In this document: positions 50,267 through 60,371 of the stretch, piece after piece
Layout of the letters: the number at the start of each line of letters is the position of its first letter
How positions within the stretch are numbered: position 1 is the stretch's first letter
Assembly (NCBI GenBank): GCA_903851045.1
Contig: CAINNF010000010.1
Span: 1,258-65,257, forward strand
From: Candidatus Adlerbacteria bacterium
GTDB taxonomy: Bacteria; Patescibacteriota; Minisyncoccia; Phycocordibacterales; SBAW01
Reading direction: 5' to 3'
DNA length: 64,000 nucleotides
Notes under the pieces: model-generated
What the model was told of the DNA's origin: nothing
Databases searched by the model: none
Seen by the model: the letters and a program-made list of their open reading frames with translations, nothing else
Position numbers and translations under genes: made by a program

Positions 50267-51670
50267 ATGAAACTAACATATACACCCGAAAAAGAGTCGG
50301 TCTCGGTCCGATTCGTCGAGAGTTTTGTGTCGCGTTTTACCGGGTCAGAGCTTGTGGTCGGCGGGGGCAGCGCGCAGCCCCTGACTCGTCGTAAGGTCAT
50401 TTTGCTCATGCGCAAGGTCATCTCGCTTGCGAAGCAAAATCGTATTTTTTCTATCACGCTCGACTGGAAGGATATGCGCGCTCTTACTGTCGACGGGGTA
50501 TCCGACCAGGGCCTCGGGGAGCTCGCCGCGACCGCGCTCTATATGGCCGACTACGAGCACATCACCTATAAACACGCGCCAAAGGAAGGGTTCGCCTTCG
50601 TGCGGACAGTGTCGATACAGGGGGTCTCCAAAGAGGGGAAGGAGGGGCTTGAACGGGGCCAGATCATCGCGCGGGAGGTGAACGCCTGCCGAGAGCTCTC
50701 TAACGTCCCTGGCGGGGACATGACCCCAAAAAACCTCTCCCAGGCGGCCAAAAAGGCCCTCCAGGGCTCGAAAGCGACCCTTAAGGTCCTTGGACCTAAA
50801 GAGATGGAGAAACTCGGTATGGGGGCAGTTATGGGCATTGCCAAGGGGTCGACCCACGAACCCCAATTCATCGTGATGGAATACTGGGGGGCAGGCAGTC
50901 CCTCGACTCGCTCCACTCGCTCGGGACAACTAAAACCGCTGGTTTTAGTTGGCAAGGGAGTCACCTTCGACACCGGGGGACTCAATATCAAGACAGGCGA
51001 CCATATGTACGAGATGCACCTCGACATGTCGGGTGGCGCTGCGGTCATACACACACTTGCGCTCGTCGCCAAACTAAAGCTCAAGGTCAATGTCGTCGGG
51101 TTGGTCCCCGCGGTCGAGAATAATCTGAGTGGTGACGCGGTCCGCCCTGGTGACATCCTCAAGTCGCTCTCCGGCAAGACGATCGAGATACTCAACACCG
51201 ATGCCGAAGGGCGAGTCATCCTTGCGGACGGTATCACTTACGCAAAGCGATACGAACCCGCTATGGTCGTCGACGTAGCGACGCTGACCGGCGCTTCGCT
51301 TATCGCTCTGGGTACCCAAGCATCGGCTTGTATGACCAACGACGAGAGTAAGATCGCTACCATCATGAATCTCGCCGAGGAAAGTGGCGACTACCTGTGG
51401 CCATTTCCAGCATGGGAAGAGTACGAGGCGATGACCAAAGGTACGTTCGCGGATGTGCCGAACATTTCGACTGACGGTAACAGCCGCTACGGAGGCGTTA
51501 TCGCGGGCGGCATGTTCCTCAAGGAGTTCGCCAACGAGCTTGGCTGCCTGTGGATACATGTCGACATGGCACCGCGCATGACGGCGACCGCGAACGAATT
51601 CCTCGCCAAAGGTGCCGCGGGTGCACCCGTTCGCTTTCTACTCAAACTGATCGAACATGGAGTAGAATAG
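50267..51670 (+). CDS. pepA: Leucyl aminopeptidase (M17)
   Basis: VGKGVTFDTGG, NTDAEGR and ATLTG motifs. Confidence 0.95.
   Translation: MKLTYTPEKESVSVRFVESFVSRFTGSELVVGGGSAQPLTRRKVILLMRKVISLAKQNRIFSITLDWKDMRALTVDGVSDQGLGELAATALYMADYEHITYKHAPKEGFAFVRTVSIQGVSKEGKEGLERGQIIAREVNACRELSNVPGGDMTPKNLSQAAKKALQGSKATLKVLGPKEMEKLGMGAVMGIAKGSTHEPQFIVMEYWGAGSPSTRSTRSGQLKPLVLVGKGVTFDTGGLNIKTGDHMYEMHLDMSGGAAVIHTLALVAKLKLKVNVVGLVPAVENNLSGDAVRPGDILKSLSGKTIEILNTDAEGRVILADGITYAKRYEPAMVVDVATLTGASLIALGTQASACMTNDESKIATIMNLAEESGDYLWPFPAWEEYEAMTKGTFADVPNISTDGNSRYGGVIAGGMFLKEFANELGCLWIHVDMAPRMTATANEFLAKGAAGAPVRFLLKLIEHGVE
50898..50927. repeat. 30-bp REP-like element in-frame in pepA
   Basis: GTCCC-TCGACTCGCTCCACTCGCTC-GGGAC, encoding part of SPSTRSTRSGQ. 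Confidence 0.7.
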
Positions 51671-51674
51671 GCGA

Positions 51675-52424
51675 ATGCAGAGCGCCCCAACCGTCAAAAC
51701 ACCCATCTACGAAGGCCCACTGGACCTCTTGCTCGAATTGATAGAGAAGCGCAAGCTCCTGATCAACGACATTTCGCTTGCGGAGGTCACCGACGAGTAC
51801 ATCGCGCGTATCAACGCTATGGACGAGCTGCCGGTCGGAGAGACGGCGGAGTTCATCTCGCTTGCCGCGACATTACTACTGATCAAATCCCGATCGTTGC
51901 TGCCGACACTCTCTATCACAGGAGAGGAGGCAAAGGATATCAAAGAACTCGAGTACCGGCTCGCCATCTATCAACTCATAAAAGAAGCGGCGCAATCGCT
52001 CGGGATCGCGGCCCGCGGACCATATCTGTTCCCGGGTGAGGCACCGGAGCCAGAACCTCTGTTCGTGTTCGACTCGTCCATAACTCCGGACGCACTGCGC
52101 GCTGCCGCACAGTCGCTCATTGACGGCTTCCCGACCGCGCTCGCGCTCCCGAAGGTCTCTGTGAAAAAGATAGTTTCGCTCGAAGAGATGGTGGAGCGGC
52201 TTGCGGACCGGATATCGAACGCTTTCACACTTTCGTTCAAAGAGTTCAGTGGACTGACCGCACACGACGGCGCGGAGGTCGCCGAGATGAAACACACGGT
52301 CATCGTCAGCTTTTTAGCGCTGCTCGAACTCGTAAAGCGAGGTATAATCAACGCACAGCAGCATGAACGCTTCGGAGATATCACGCTCCAGTCCGATGCC
52401 GTATCCCTTCCAACCTATGAATGA
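51675..52424 (+). CDS. scpA: Segregation/condensation protein A
   Basis: EGPLDLLL, IKSR.LLP and FLALLEL motifs. Confidence 0.95.
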   Translation: MQSAPTVKTPIYEGPLDLLLELIEKRKLLINDISLAEVTDEYIARINAMDELPVGETAEFISLAATLLLIKSRSLLPTLSITGEEAKDIKELEYRLAIYQLIKEAAQSLGIAARGPYLFPGEAPEPEPLFVFDSSITPDALRAAAQSLIDGFPTALALPKVSVKKIVSLEEMVERLADRISNAFTLSFKEFSGLTAHDGAEVAEMKHTVIVSFLALLELVKRGIINAQQHERFGDITLQSDAVSLPTYE

Positions 52425-52968
52425 CGACACACTTCGAGCACACATTGAGGGACTTCTCTTCGGCCTAGGGAAGCCTCTTTCGCGCGACGAGCTGCTCAAG
52501 ATGCTCGCCGTCGAACCAGCACAGCTCGAATCCGCCATAGCCACCCTACAGCACGCACACGACCGCGGTATCGTCGTGGTCGACGATGGTACGACGATAG
52601 AATTGCGCACGGCCCCCGTGGTCGCAGAGCTCATGGAACATATCCGGCGCGACGAGTTAGGCCGTGACGTGGGGCGTGCCGGACTCGAGGTGTTGGCTGC
52701 GATCATCTACCGAGGGCCTCTCACACGCACCGATATCGATTTTATCCGTGGCGTCAATTCGTCGCAGACCATTCGAACGCTCGCCACCCGCGGGCTTATC
52801 CGTCGCGTGCAGAACACGAAAGGTTCGTTCCTGTACGAAGCTACGACCGAGACACTTGCTGAGATGGGTGCGACGCACCCACGAGACCTGCCTGCGTTCG
52901 ACACGACACGAGAGAAACTAACCGCACTCGAGAACGCATATCGAGGGACACACGAAGATCACGTATGA
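52417..52968 (+). CDS. scpB: Segregation/condensation protein B
   Basis: LEVLA.I.Y.GP.TR..ID.IRGVNS. Confidence 0.95.
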   Translation: MNDDTLRAHIEGLLFGLGKPLSRDELLKMLAVEPAQLESAIATLQHAHDRGIVVVDDGTTIELRTAPVVAELMEHIRRDELGRDVGRAGLEVLAAIIYRGPLTRTDIDFIRGVNSSQTIRTLATRGLIRRVQNTKGSFLYEATTETLAEMGATHPRDLPAFDTTREKLTALENAYRGTHEDHV

Positions 52969-53870
52969 GGGGTGTACGCATACCACGCACAAGGCAGACC
53001 GCAGTGGCACTTACCTGTGCGCTTGTCGTATCGGCTGGTGCGGTCATAGGGGGTACGACCATAGCGATACTGCACCGTGACGGTTTTGATGCTGGACCGG
53101 CAGCCGCAGTTGCAGCATTCCCGCCTACCATAACCGCACAACCAGCGCTCATCGGAAAAGCCGCGATCATCTTCGACCCGACCGATGGTCGCATTCTCTT
53201 CCAAAAGAACGCGGACATGCAACTGCCGCTTGCCTCGATTACAAAACTCATGACCGCCGACATCGTTCTCACCGCGGAAAGTCCCGATACCCGAGTGACC
53301 ATCACACCAAGCGCGCTCGCCCCGGAAGAGGGCTCGGGACTCAAGGTTGGTGACGTCGTGACGCTCGGCGAGCTGTTACGTCTGGGTTTGGTAGCATCCT
53401 CCAACGACGCGATGCAGGCTGCGGCGGAGAGTCTCGGCGCCAACTACATCGACCGGATGAACCGAACAGCGAGGGATCTCGGGTTTACCGAAACCTACTT
53501 TCGTAATCCGACCGGCCTCGACGTGAGTGCCGACACCTCGGGCGCATACAGTTCGGCATACGACGTCGCTCGGTTGGCGGCTCTGTTCTATAAACAGTAT
53601 CCGACCCTGTTCGAACAGACACAACAAAGCAGCGTCTCGATACACGTCGGGGACCGTGTGTTGACCAAACCCGCGACCGCTGCTCCACTTCTCACAACCC
53701 CGGGCCTCATTGGCGCAAAAACGGGCTATACTACCCTAGCAGGCGGGAATTTGGTCGCGGTCTTCGACAGAGAGATCGACCACCCACTGGTCGCGGTCGT
53801 ATTAGGGTCGACCAGGGATGGACGATTCGACGACATGCAAACACTTATCTCCATCGCACGAAAAAACTAA
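52965..53870 (+). CDS. D-alanyl-D-alanine carboxypeptidase (S11)
   Basis: ASITK, SSN and KTG motifs. Confidence 0.93.
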   Translation: MRGVRIPRTRQTAVALTCALVVSAGAVIGGTTIAILHRDGFDAGPAAAVAAFPPTITAQPALIGKAAIIFDPTDGRILFQKNADMQLPLASITKLMTADIVLTAESPDTRVTITPSALAPEEGSGLKVGDVVTLGELLRLGLVASSNDAMQAAAESLGANYIDRMNRTARDLGFTETYFRNPTGLDVSADTSGAYSSAYDVARLAALFYKQYPTLFEQTQQSSVSIHVGDRVLTKPATAAPLLTTPGLIGAKTGYTTLAGGNLVAVFDREIDHPLVAVVLGSTRDGRFDDMQTLISIARKN

Positions 53871-53877
53871 AGAATAT

Positions 53878-54933
53878 ATGACATCTCCCGAAATAATGCG
53901 CGTATTCATCCCCACCACGATATCTTTTCTTATCGGTATCGGCACGACCCCCTTTATCGCGCATTTTCTCTACAAGTACGAAATGTGGAAACCAAAAGGT
54001 GGGAAGACCGCCCTTGATGGTACGCCAGCCGAAATCTTCAACGCACTACACGAAAAGAAGGAGGTCGGCACACCTCGACTCGGCGGCGTCGTGGTGTGGG
54101 GGAGTGTCATCCTGTGCGCACTGCTCCTGTCGACGCTCGCAGCACTCGTCCCAGATGGTTTTGGTTCGCTTGCGTTCATAAGCAGAAGCCAAACCTGGGT
54201 GCCGCTTGCCGCACTCCTTGCGGGCGCGCTCGTCGGACTTCTCGACGACCTGTATGAGGTACAGGGGAGGAAGGGGCTGCGTCTTCGTACCCGCCTTGGT
54301 TTCGTCGCAGTAACCGCACTTCTGTGTGCCTACTGGTTTTATAGCAAGCTCGGCGTCTCATCCATATCGTTCCCACTCGTCGCCACCCCCATAGAACTTG
54401 GTGTCTTATTCATTCCTTTTTTCATACTGGTCGCACTCTTCATCTATGCAGGGGGTGTTATCGACGGTATCGACGGACTCGCGGGAGGCGTCTTCTGTTC
54501 GATCTTCGCTGCATATGCAGGCATAGCCTTTTTCCAAAATCAACTCGACCTCGCCGCACTGTCCGGGGCGATCGCGGGAGGACTGCTCGCGTTCTTATGG
54601 TTCAATATCCCGCCCGCCCGTTTCTACCTGTCCGAAACAGGGACCATGGGACTCACTCTGGCACTCGTCGTGATAGCCTTCCTCACCGACACCTTGAGTC
54701 ACGGCAAAGGTGTCGCGGCGCTGCCGATCATCGCGCTCCCGCTCGTGGTGACCGTATGCTCGAACATCCTGCAGATGGTAAGCAAAAAAATGTTTGGGAA
54801 GAAATTGCTCCGCATCGCGCCACTGCACCACCACTTCGAAGCTATCGGCTGGCCAGCGTACAAGGTCACCATGCGGTACTGGATCGTCGGTGCGGTCGCC
54901 GCGATCGTTGGCATGTCGCTCGCTTTACTGTAG
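53878..54933 (+). CDS. mraY: Phospho-N-acetylmuramoyl-pentapeptide transferase
   Basis: GTP..GG, DD, DGIDGLA, FN..PA and APLHHHFE motifs. Confidence 0.95.
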   Translation: MTSPEIMRVFIPTTISFLIGIGTTPFIAHFLYKYEMWKPKGGKTALDGTPAEIFNALHEKKEVGTPRLGGVVVWGSVILCALLLSTLAALVPDGFGSLAFISRSQTWVPLAALLAGALVGLLDDLYEVQGRKGLRLRTRLGFVAVTALLCAYWFYSKLGVSSISFPLVATPIELGVLFIPFFILVALFIYAGGVIDGIDGLAGGVFCSIFAAYAGIAFFQNQLDLAALSGAIAGGLLAFLWFNIPPARFYLSETGTMGLTLALVVIAFLTDTLSHGKGVAALPIIALPLVVTVCSNILQMVSKKMFGKKLLRIAPLHHHFEAIGWPAYKVTMRYWIVGAVAAIVGMSLALL

Positions 54934-54945
54934 TCGTATCGTTGT

Positions 54946-56043
54946 ATGAGACGAACCATCGACATCCCTTTCTTGCTAACTCTCTGCGCGCTGCTCGTGT
55001 TCGGTCTGCTCATATTCACCTCCGCGGCCATGGGGCTGCTGGCGCACGACGGCGGGGCGAGCTTTACGTCGGTCGCGGCAAGTCAACTCTTGTTCGGGTT
55101 CCTATGCGGCGGGGGACTGCTCGTTTTTTTCGCACGGCTCGACTACAAACAGCTGCGCCACTATACCCCGTACCTGTTCGGGGCCGCAGTATGTATCTCG
55201 CTTCTTACCTTCGTGCCACATATCGGATTATCGCTCAAGGGTGCCTCGCGTTGGATAGTCATCGGCCCGTTCTCCTTCCAACCCGAAGAGATATTGAAGT
55301 TCGCCACGATACTCTTCCTTGCCGCGGTATATTCGTCCAACGTCAAGGCGATACGAACGTTTCGCGGTGGTATGTTGCCGCTCGGGCTGATCGCTGGTAC
55401 CGCAGCGACGATACTTATCATCCAGCCGGATACTGCCGGCGTCATCATCATCGGCATGGCGTGCGTGAGCATGCTCTTTGCGGCAGGGGGCAAGCTCTGG
55501 CACTTCGGATTATTGTTCCTTGTCGGCATGCTCGCCATCACTGCGGCCGCGTTCACCTATCCGCACGTGGCGCAACGCCTCCACACCTACCTCGACATGT
55601 CCGCCGACCCACAAGGGTCGGGGTACCAAATCCAACAGTCGCTCATTGCGGTCGGCTCCGGTCAGTTCTCTGGGCGCGGCTTCGGGCAGAGTATCGAGAA
55701 GTTCTCGTACCTCCCTGAACCGATAGGGGACTCGATCTTCGCGGTCGAAGGAGAGGAGTTCGGTTTCATCGGTAGCACGGTACTCGTTCTCATGTTCGCC
55801 ACCTTCGGCATACTGGGACTCCGTATTGCCGCGCGTGCACCCGACCCGTTCGGGGGACTCGTCGTCGTGGGACTCGTGATGCTGATCGTCGGACAATCGT
55901 TCTTCAACATAGCCTCGACGCTGGGCCTCGTCCCCCTGATCGGCGTTCCACTTATCTTCGTCTCGCACGGTGGTACCGCACTGGCCTTCGCCTTGGCCGA
56001 GGTCGGTGTGATACTCTCCGTCTCTCGGCATATGAAAAATTAA
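54946..56043 (+). CDS. ftsW: SEDS family peptidoglycan glycosyltransferase FtsW
   Basis: GASRW, FQP.E..K, GYQ..QS and LPE..D.IFA motifs; lies between mraY and murG. Confidence 0.9.
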   Translation: MRRTIDIPFLLTLCALLVFGLLIFTSAAMGLLAHDGGASFTSVAASQLLFGFLCGGGLLVFFARLDYKQLRHYTPYLFGAAVCISLLTFVPHIGLSLKGASRWIVIGPFSFQPEEILKFATILFLAAVYSSNVKAIRTFRGGMLPLGLIAGTAATILIIQPDTAGVIIIGMACVSMLFAAGGKLWHFGLLFLVGMLAITAAAFTYPHVAQRLHTYLDMSADPQGSGYQIQQSLIAVGSGQFSGRGFGQSIEKFSYLPEPIGDSIFAVEGEEFGFIGSTVLVLMFATFGILGLRIAARAPDPFGGLVVVGLVMLIVGQSFFNIASTLGLVPLIGVPLIFVSHGGTALAFALAEVGVILSVSRHMKN

Positions 56044-56074
56044 TACTTATTTGGTACAGTACTAGATACATCGT

Positions 56075-57205
56075 ATGAAGATCTTATTTACTGGAGGAGG
56101 TTCGGGGGGACACTTCTACCCCATCATCGCCGTTGCCGAAGGCGTACACGATCTGGTTCGAGACAAACGATTGATCGAACCTGAATTGTTCTATATGGCG
56201 CCGGACCCATACGACGCCGACCTTCTGTTCCAATACAACATCACCTTCATCCAAACACCCGCCGGTAAACTTCGGCGCTACTTTTCGCCGCTTAATATCA
56301 CCGACGGATTCAAGACCGCGTACGGTATAGCGGTCTCCTTGTGGCGCTTGTTCTTTCTGTACCCGGACGTCGTCTTCGGGTCGGGAGGATACGGGAGTTT
56401 TCCGGCGCTTTTTGCCGCACGTATACTCCGCATCCCGGTGATCATCTATGCGACCGATGCCGTCCCAAGCCGAGTGAACCGTTGGGCCGGAAAGTTCGCG
56501 GTCAAGGTCGCTCTGTCGTTTCCTGATGCGGCGGCGTACTTCCCAAAAGAGAAGGTCGCCTTCACGGGGAATCCGATCCGCAAATCACTGTTACTGCCGG
56601 CACGCGAAGGTGTGTACGAATTTTTGAGACTTGAAAAATCATTACCGGTACTCTTCATCGAAGGCGGCTCGCAAGGAGCGACGATGATCAACGATGCGGT
56701 GCTGGCGGCCCTACCGCAACTGCTGCAGAAGTACCAGGTAGTCCACCAGACTGGCGCCGCTCACATAGCCGAAGTCGAGGGGGTAGCGAAGGTGGTGCTC
56801 GGTTCTTCTCCGCTCGCGAAGAACTACCGACCGTACGGATATCTGAACGAACTATCCCTACGTATGGTCGCTGGTGTGGCGAAGTTGGTCGTCTCCCGCG
56901 CAGGTGCGGGTAGCATCTTTGAAATCGCAACATGGGGTATACCTTCCATACTTATACCCATACCCGAGGACATATCACACGACCAAACGAAGAACGCGTT
57001 CGTGTACGCACGCACGGGAGCCGCGGTCGTCATCGAACAGAACAATCTACGAGCTGGCGTACTGGTGTCGGAGATCGACCGTATTCTTGAACATCCCGAG
57101 ATTTCACGTAGTATGGCTGGGGCGGCTCGCGCCTTCTCTCGTGTCGATGCATCTCGAACCATCGCCGAAGCACTGCTCGCCATAGCCCTCTCCCATGAAT
57201 CCTAA
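56075..57205 (+). CDS. murG: MurG transferase
   Basis: GGGSGGH, GNPIR, GGSQG and SRAGA motifs. Confidence 0.96.
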   Translation: MKILFTGGGSGGHFYPIIAVAEGVHDLVRDKRLIEPELFYMAPDPYDADLLFQYNITFIQTPAGKLRRYFSPLNITDGFKTAYGIAVSLWRLFFLYPDVVFGSGGYGSFPALFAARILRIPVIIYATDAVPSRVNRWAGKFAVKVALSFPDAAAYFPKEKVAFTGNPIRKSLLLPAREGVYEFLRLEKSLPVLFIEGGSQGATMINDAVLAALPQLLQKYQVVHQTGAAHIAEVEGVAKVVLGSSPLAKNYRPYGYLNELSLRMVAGVAKLVVSRAGAGSIFEIATWGIPSILIPIPEDISHDQTKNAFVYARTGAAVVIEQNNLRAGVLVSEIDRILEHPEISRSMAGAARAFSRVDASRTIAEALLAIALSHES

Positions 57206-58637
57206 CCCCACCAAAGTAGTCACCCGCTTCGCCCCCAGCCCAACCGGCTTCATGCATGTCGGCGGTGTTCGCACCGCGCTCTATGGTTGGCTTTTTGCAC
57301 GTAAACACGGGGGTACTTTTATCTTACGCATCGAGGATACCGACAAAAAGCGCGAAGTGGCAGGTTCTATCGAGCATATCGTTGAGTCGCTTCGCTGGCT
57401 GGGACTCGAGTGGAACGAAGGTGTCGATATCGGCGGTCCGCACGCCCCATACAAACAATCGGAGCGACTTGCTTCATACCAAAAATATGCACGCATCCTG
57501 ATCGACAAAGGGTACGCCTATCCGGACCCCTATACCGAAGAGGAGGTTGCCGTGTTCAGACAGAGGGCGGAGGACGAGAAGCGACCTTTTTTATATCGTG
57601 AACATCGACCCGAGGTGTTCGGAGCGTGGGACGGTACGAAACCGCTGCGCTTTAAGGTGCCCATGATCAAGCGGTACGAGTGGTATGACGAAGTTCGTGG
57701 CGAGCTTTCGGCAGGGGAGGAGGCGCTCGATGATTTTATCTTAATAAAGAGCGACGGCTATCCAACGTACAACTTCGCGCACATCATCGACGACCACGAG
57801 ATGGGAGTCACCCATATCATGCGCGGACAAGAGTTTATTTCTTCGATGCCCATATACCTTTCGCTCTACGAAGCGCTCGGCATCGACCGACCTCGGTTCG
57901 CAACGATGCCACCGATCATGGCAGCGGATGGCAAGAAGAAGCTCGGTAAGCGCGATGGTGCTAAGGACGTGCTCGAGTACCGCGACGAAGGATACATCCC
58001 CGAGGCGATGGTCAACTTCCTCGCGTTCATCGGATGGAATCCGGGTGACGAACGAGAAGTGATGACCACCAATGAGTTGATCGAATCCTTCTCGCTCAAG
58101 CACCTCCACAAAGCAGGAGCCAAATTCAACGAAGAGAAGTTGCTGTGGTTCAACCACAAGCATCTTCAACGACTCTCGTCGACCGAGTTCGAAGCGCGGT
58201 TGCGTGCGTTCCTCTCGACGACCGACATGCAAGCACCCACATACCTCGCGCAAGTCGTGCCACTCCTGCAGGCACGCGCACAGACGCTCATGGAAGCCGC
58301 TCAGATGCTGACGGGTGGAGAATTCTCTTTTATGGCCGAGACGACGTTCCCCACCAAAGAACTTCTCCTCCAAGGAGCGAAAGCCGACGATGTAAGCGTC
58401 AAGACACACTTGCAAAAGGTCATCACGCTCCTCCAGGACCTAGCATCGTTCGACCAGGGGTCAGTGAAGGAGGTGATCTTTCCGTACGCGACCGAAGTAG
58501 GACGCTCGGCAGTGCTCTGGCCCATGCGCGTCGCTCTCTCGGGAATGGAAAAGTCACCCGACCCGTTCACGCTCGCGGGCCTACTTGGAAGACAGCGGAC
58601 CCTTGCTCGCATTGAGAAAGCACTGCAATTGCTTTAA
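57195..58637 (+). CDS. gltX: Glutamate--tRNA ligase
   Basis: RFAPSPTG.MHVG, LRIEDTD and KLGKR motifs. Confidence 0.97.
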   Translation: MNPNPTKVVTRFAPSPTGFMHVGGVRTALYGWLFARKHGGTFILRIEDTDKKREVAGSIEHIVESLRWLGLEWNEGVDIGGPHAPYKQSERLASYQKYARILIDKGYAYPDPYTEEEVAVFRQRAEDEKRPFLYREHRPEVFGAWDGTKPLRFKVPMIKRYEWYDEVRGELSAGEEALDDFILIKSDGYPTYNFAHIIDDHEMGVTHIMRGQEFISSMPIYLSLYEALGIDRPRFATMPPIMAADGKKKLGKRDGAKDVLEYRDEGYIPEAMVNFLAFIGWNPGDEREVMTTNELIESFSLKHLHKAGAKFNEEKLLWFNHKHLQRLSSTEFEARLRAFLSTTDMQAPTYLAQVVPLLQARAQTLMEAAQMLTGGEFSFMAETTFPTKELLLQGAKADDVSVKTHLQKVITLLQDLASFDQGSVKEVIFPYATEVGRSAVLWPMRVALSGMEKSPDPFTLAGLLGRQRTLARIEKALQLL

Positions 58638-58646
58638 GATGGGTAG

Positions 58647-59945
58647 ATGCATCGTTCATCCGCTCTTTTTGCCGTATCCCTCGTCGTAGGTGTGCTCCTC
58701 GTCGGTATGGGTGCCGCGGGGCAACTACGGGCACAGTCGGTCGACGACCTACAACAACAGATCGTACAAAGCACCTCTCAGATCGATGACCTCAAGAAGG
58801 AGATTGCGCAGCTTCAGACTCAACTGAACGCGACCGGTAAACAAAAACAGACGCTCCAATCCGCGATCACCGGACTCGACCTCAATATCAAGAAGATAAC
58901 GAAGACCATCGCGCTCACGAACGCACAGATAGCACAAAAGGACGGACAGATCTCGCGACTTTCAGGAAGCATAGCGACCACCTCGATCAAGATCGGCACC
59001 GCACAAACGGAGGTCGGGAACACGCTCGCACAACTCGATATACACGACCAGGAACCGGTATCGTTACTGCTGCTGAGCGAACCGTCATTGTCGTCGTTCT
59101 TTGATGAGGCGGCATCGCTCGAGTCGCTTCGGGTCGACCTCCAAAGCACGGTACACCAACTTTCAGACCTTAAACAAACGCTCCAAGACAGCAAGACCGT
59201 GGCACAGCAAAAGCGCCAGGATCTCGCGAACCTCCAAGCAAGCTTGGCACAACAAAAACAGAGCCTTGCCATCGCACGACAGACACAAAGCGATCTGTTG
59301 ATACAGACCAAGAACACCGAAGCGACCTATCAAAAGATCCTCGCACAAAAGAAGGCCCAGGAAGCGAAATTCGAACAGGACCTACTGAGTTATGAGTCAC
59401 AACTGAACCTCAAGGTGAGCAAAGGGAGCCTACCACCAAGTGGTAGCGTGGTGCTTGCGTGGCCTGTAGATGATCCCTATATCACACAATACTTTGGCAA
59501 CACCCCTTTCGCGACCGCGAATCCCCAGGTCTATAATGGCAAGGGACACAACGCGATCGACCTGCGCGCCTCCCCGGGAACACCGATCAAGGCCGCGCGA
59601 GGAGGGGTGGTGCTTGGCACCGGCAACACCGACTTGACCTGCCCAGGGGCCTCGTACGGTAAGTGGATCTTTATCAAACACGACGATGGGCTGTCGACGA
59701 TCTACGCGCACTTGTCGGTCATTGGCGTCTCTAAGGGAGACTCCGTAACGGTCGGGCAAGTTATCGGCTATTCGGACACGACAGGGTATGCGACCGGCCC
59801 ACACCTTCACTTTGGCGTGTATGCGAGCACTGGTTCCGAGGTCGCTTCGTTCGCCAGCAAAGGGTGCCCAGGAAAGACCTATACCATGCCCGTTGCTGAC
59901 ATCTCCGCATACTTAAATCCTCTTTCATACCTGCCCCCACTCTAA
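58647..59945 (+). CDS. Coiled-coil plus M23 peptidase (murein hydrolase/activator)
   Basis: Signal peptide, long coiled coil, HNAID, YAHL and TGPHLHF motifs. Confidence 0.93.
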   Translation: MHRSSALFAVSLVVGVLLVGMGAAGQLRAQSVDDLQQQIVQSTSQIDDLKKEIAQLQTQLNATGKQKQTLQSAITGLDLNIKKITKTIALTNAQIAQKDGQISRLSGSIATTSIKIGTAQTEVGNTLAQLDIHDQEPVSLLLLSEPSLSSFFDEAASLESLRVDLQSTVHQLSDLKQTLQDSKTVAQQKRQDLANLQASLAQQKQSLAIARQTQSDLLIQTKNTEATYQKILAQKKAQEAKFEQDLLSYESQLNLKVSKGSLPPSGSVVLAWPVDDPYITQYFGNTPFATANPQVYNGKGHNAIDLRASPGTPIKAARGGVVLGTGNTDLTCPGASYGKWIFIKHDDGLSTIYAHLSVIGVSKGDSVTVGQVIGYSDTTGYATGPHLHFGVYASTGSEVASFASKGCPGKTYTMPVADISAYLNPLSYLPPL

Positions 59946-60061
59946 GAAAGCTATCCCCAGGAGGAACTTTCTTCCAACGTCAGAGGCTTCATACTTATAG
60001 GTACGGATATCCCGGTAGGGAAGGGTCGAACCGTGATACTTTTTCACATCTGAAACTTCGT

Positions 60062-60289
60062 ATGAAAATACTACACATGGTCGTGTTCTTGCTAACAATC
60101 GTCGGGGCCTTGAACTGGGGCTTGGTCGGGCTTGGTTCCTTCTTTGGGTTCGATGGCAATCTTGTCCACCTACTCCTCGGGTCATGGAGTGTCGTCGAGA
60201 ACGTCGTGTACATTCTTGTCGGTCTCTCCGGTATATGGCTTGCTGTCTCACATAAGAGCGACTGCAAAGGCTGCACGTCGGATAAATAG
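60062..60289 (+). CDS. DUF378 family membrane protein
   Basis: IVGALNWGLVG...VYILVGLS. Confidence 0.88.
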   Translation: MKILHMVVFLLTIVGALNWGLVGLGSFFGFDGNLVHLLLGSWSVVENVVYILVGLSGIWLAVSHKSDCKGCTSDK

Positions 60290-60306
60290 TACGTACGCAC
60301 AGGTAT

Positions 60307-60351
60307 TCGCACAGTCGCCCGCTTTCCTTTTGAAAGCGGGCGACTGTGCGA
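60307..60351. repeat. Perfect 20-bp inverted repeat
   Basis: TCGCACAGTCGCCCGCTTTC-CTTTT-GAAAGCGGGCGACTGTGCGA. Confidence 0.85.
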
Positions 60352-60371
60352 TATGGTATACTATCCATCTC

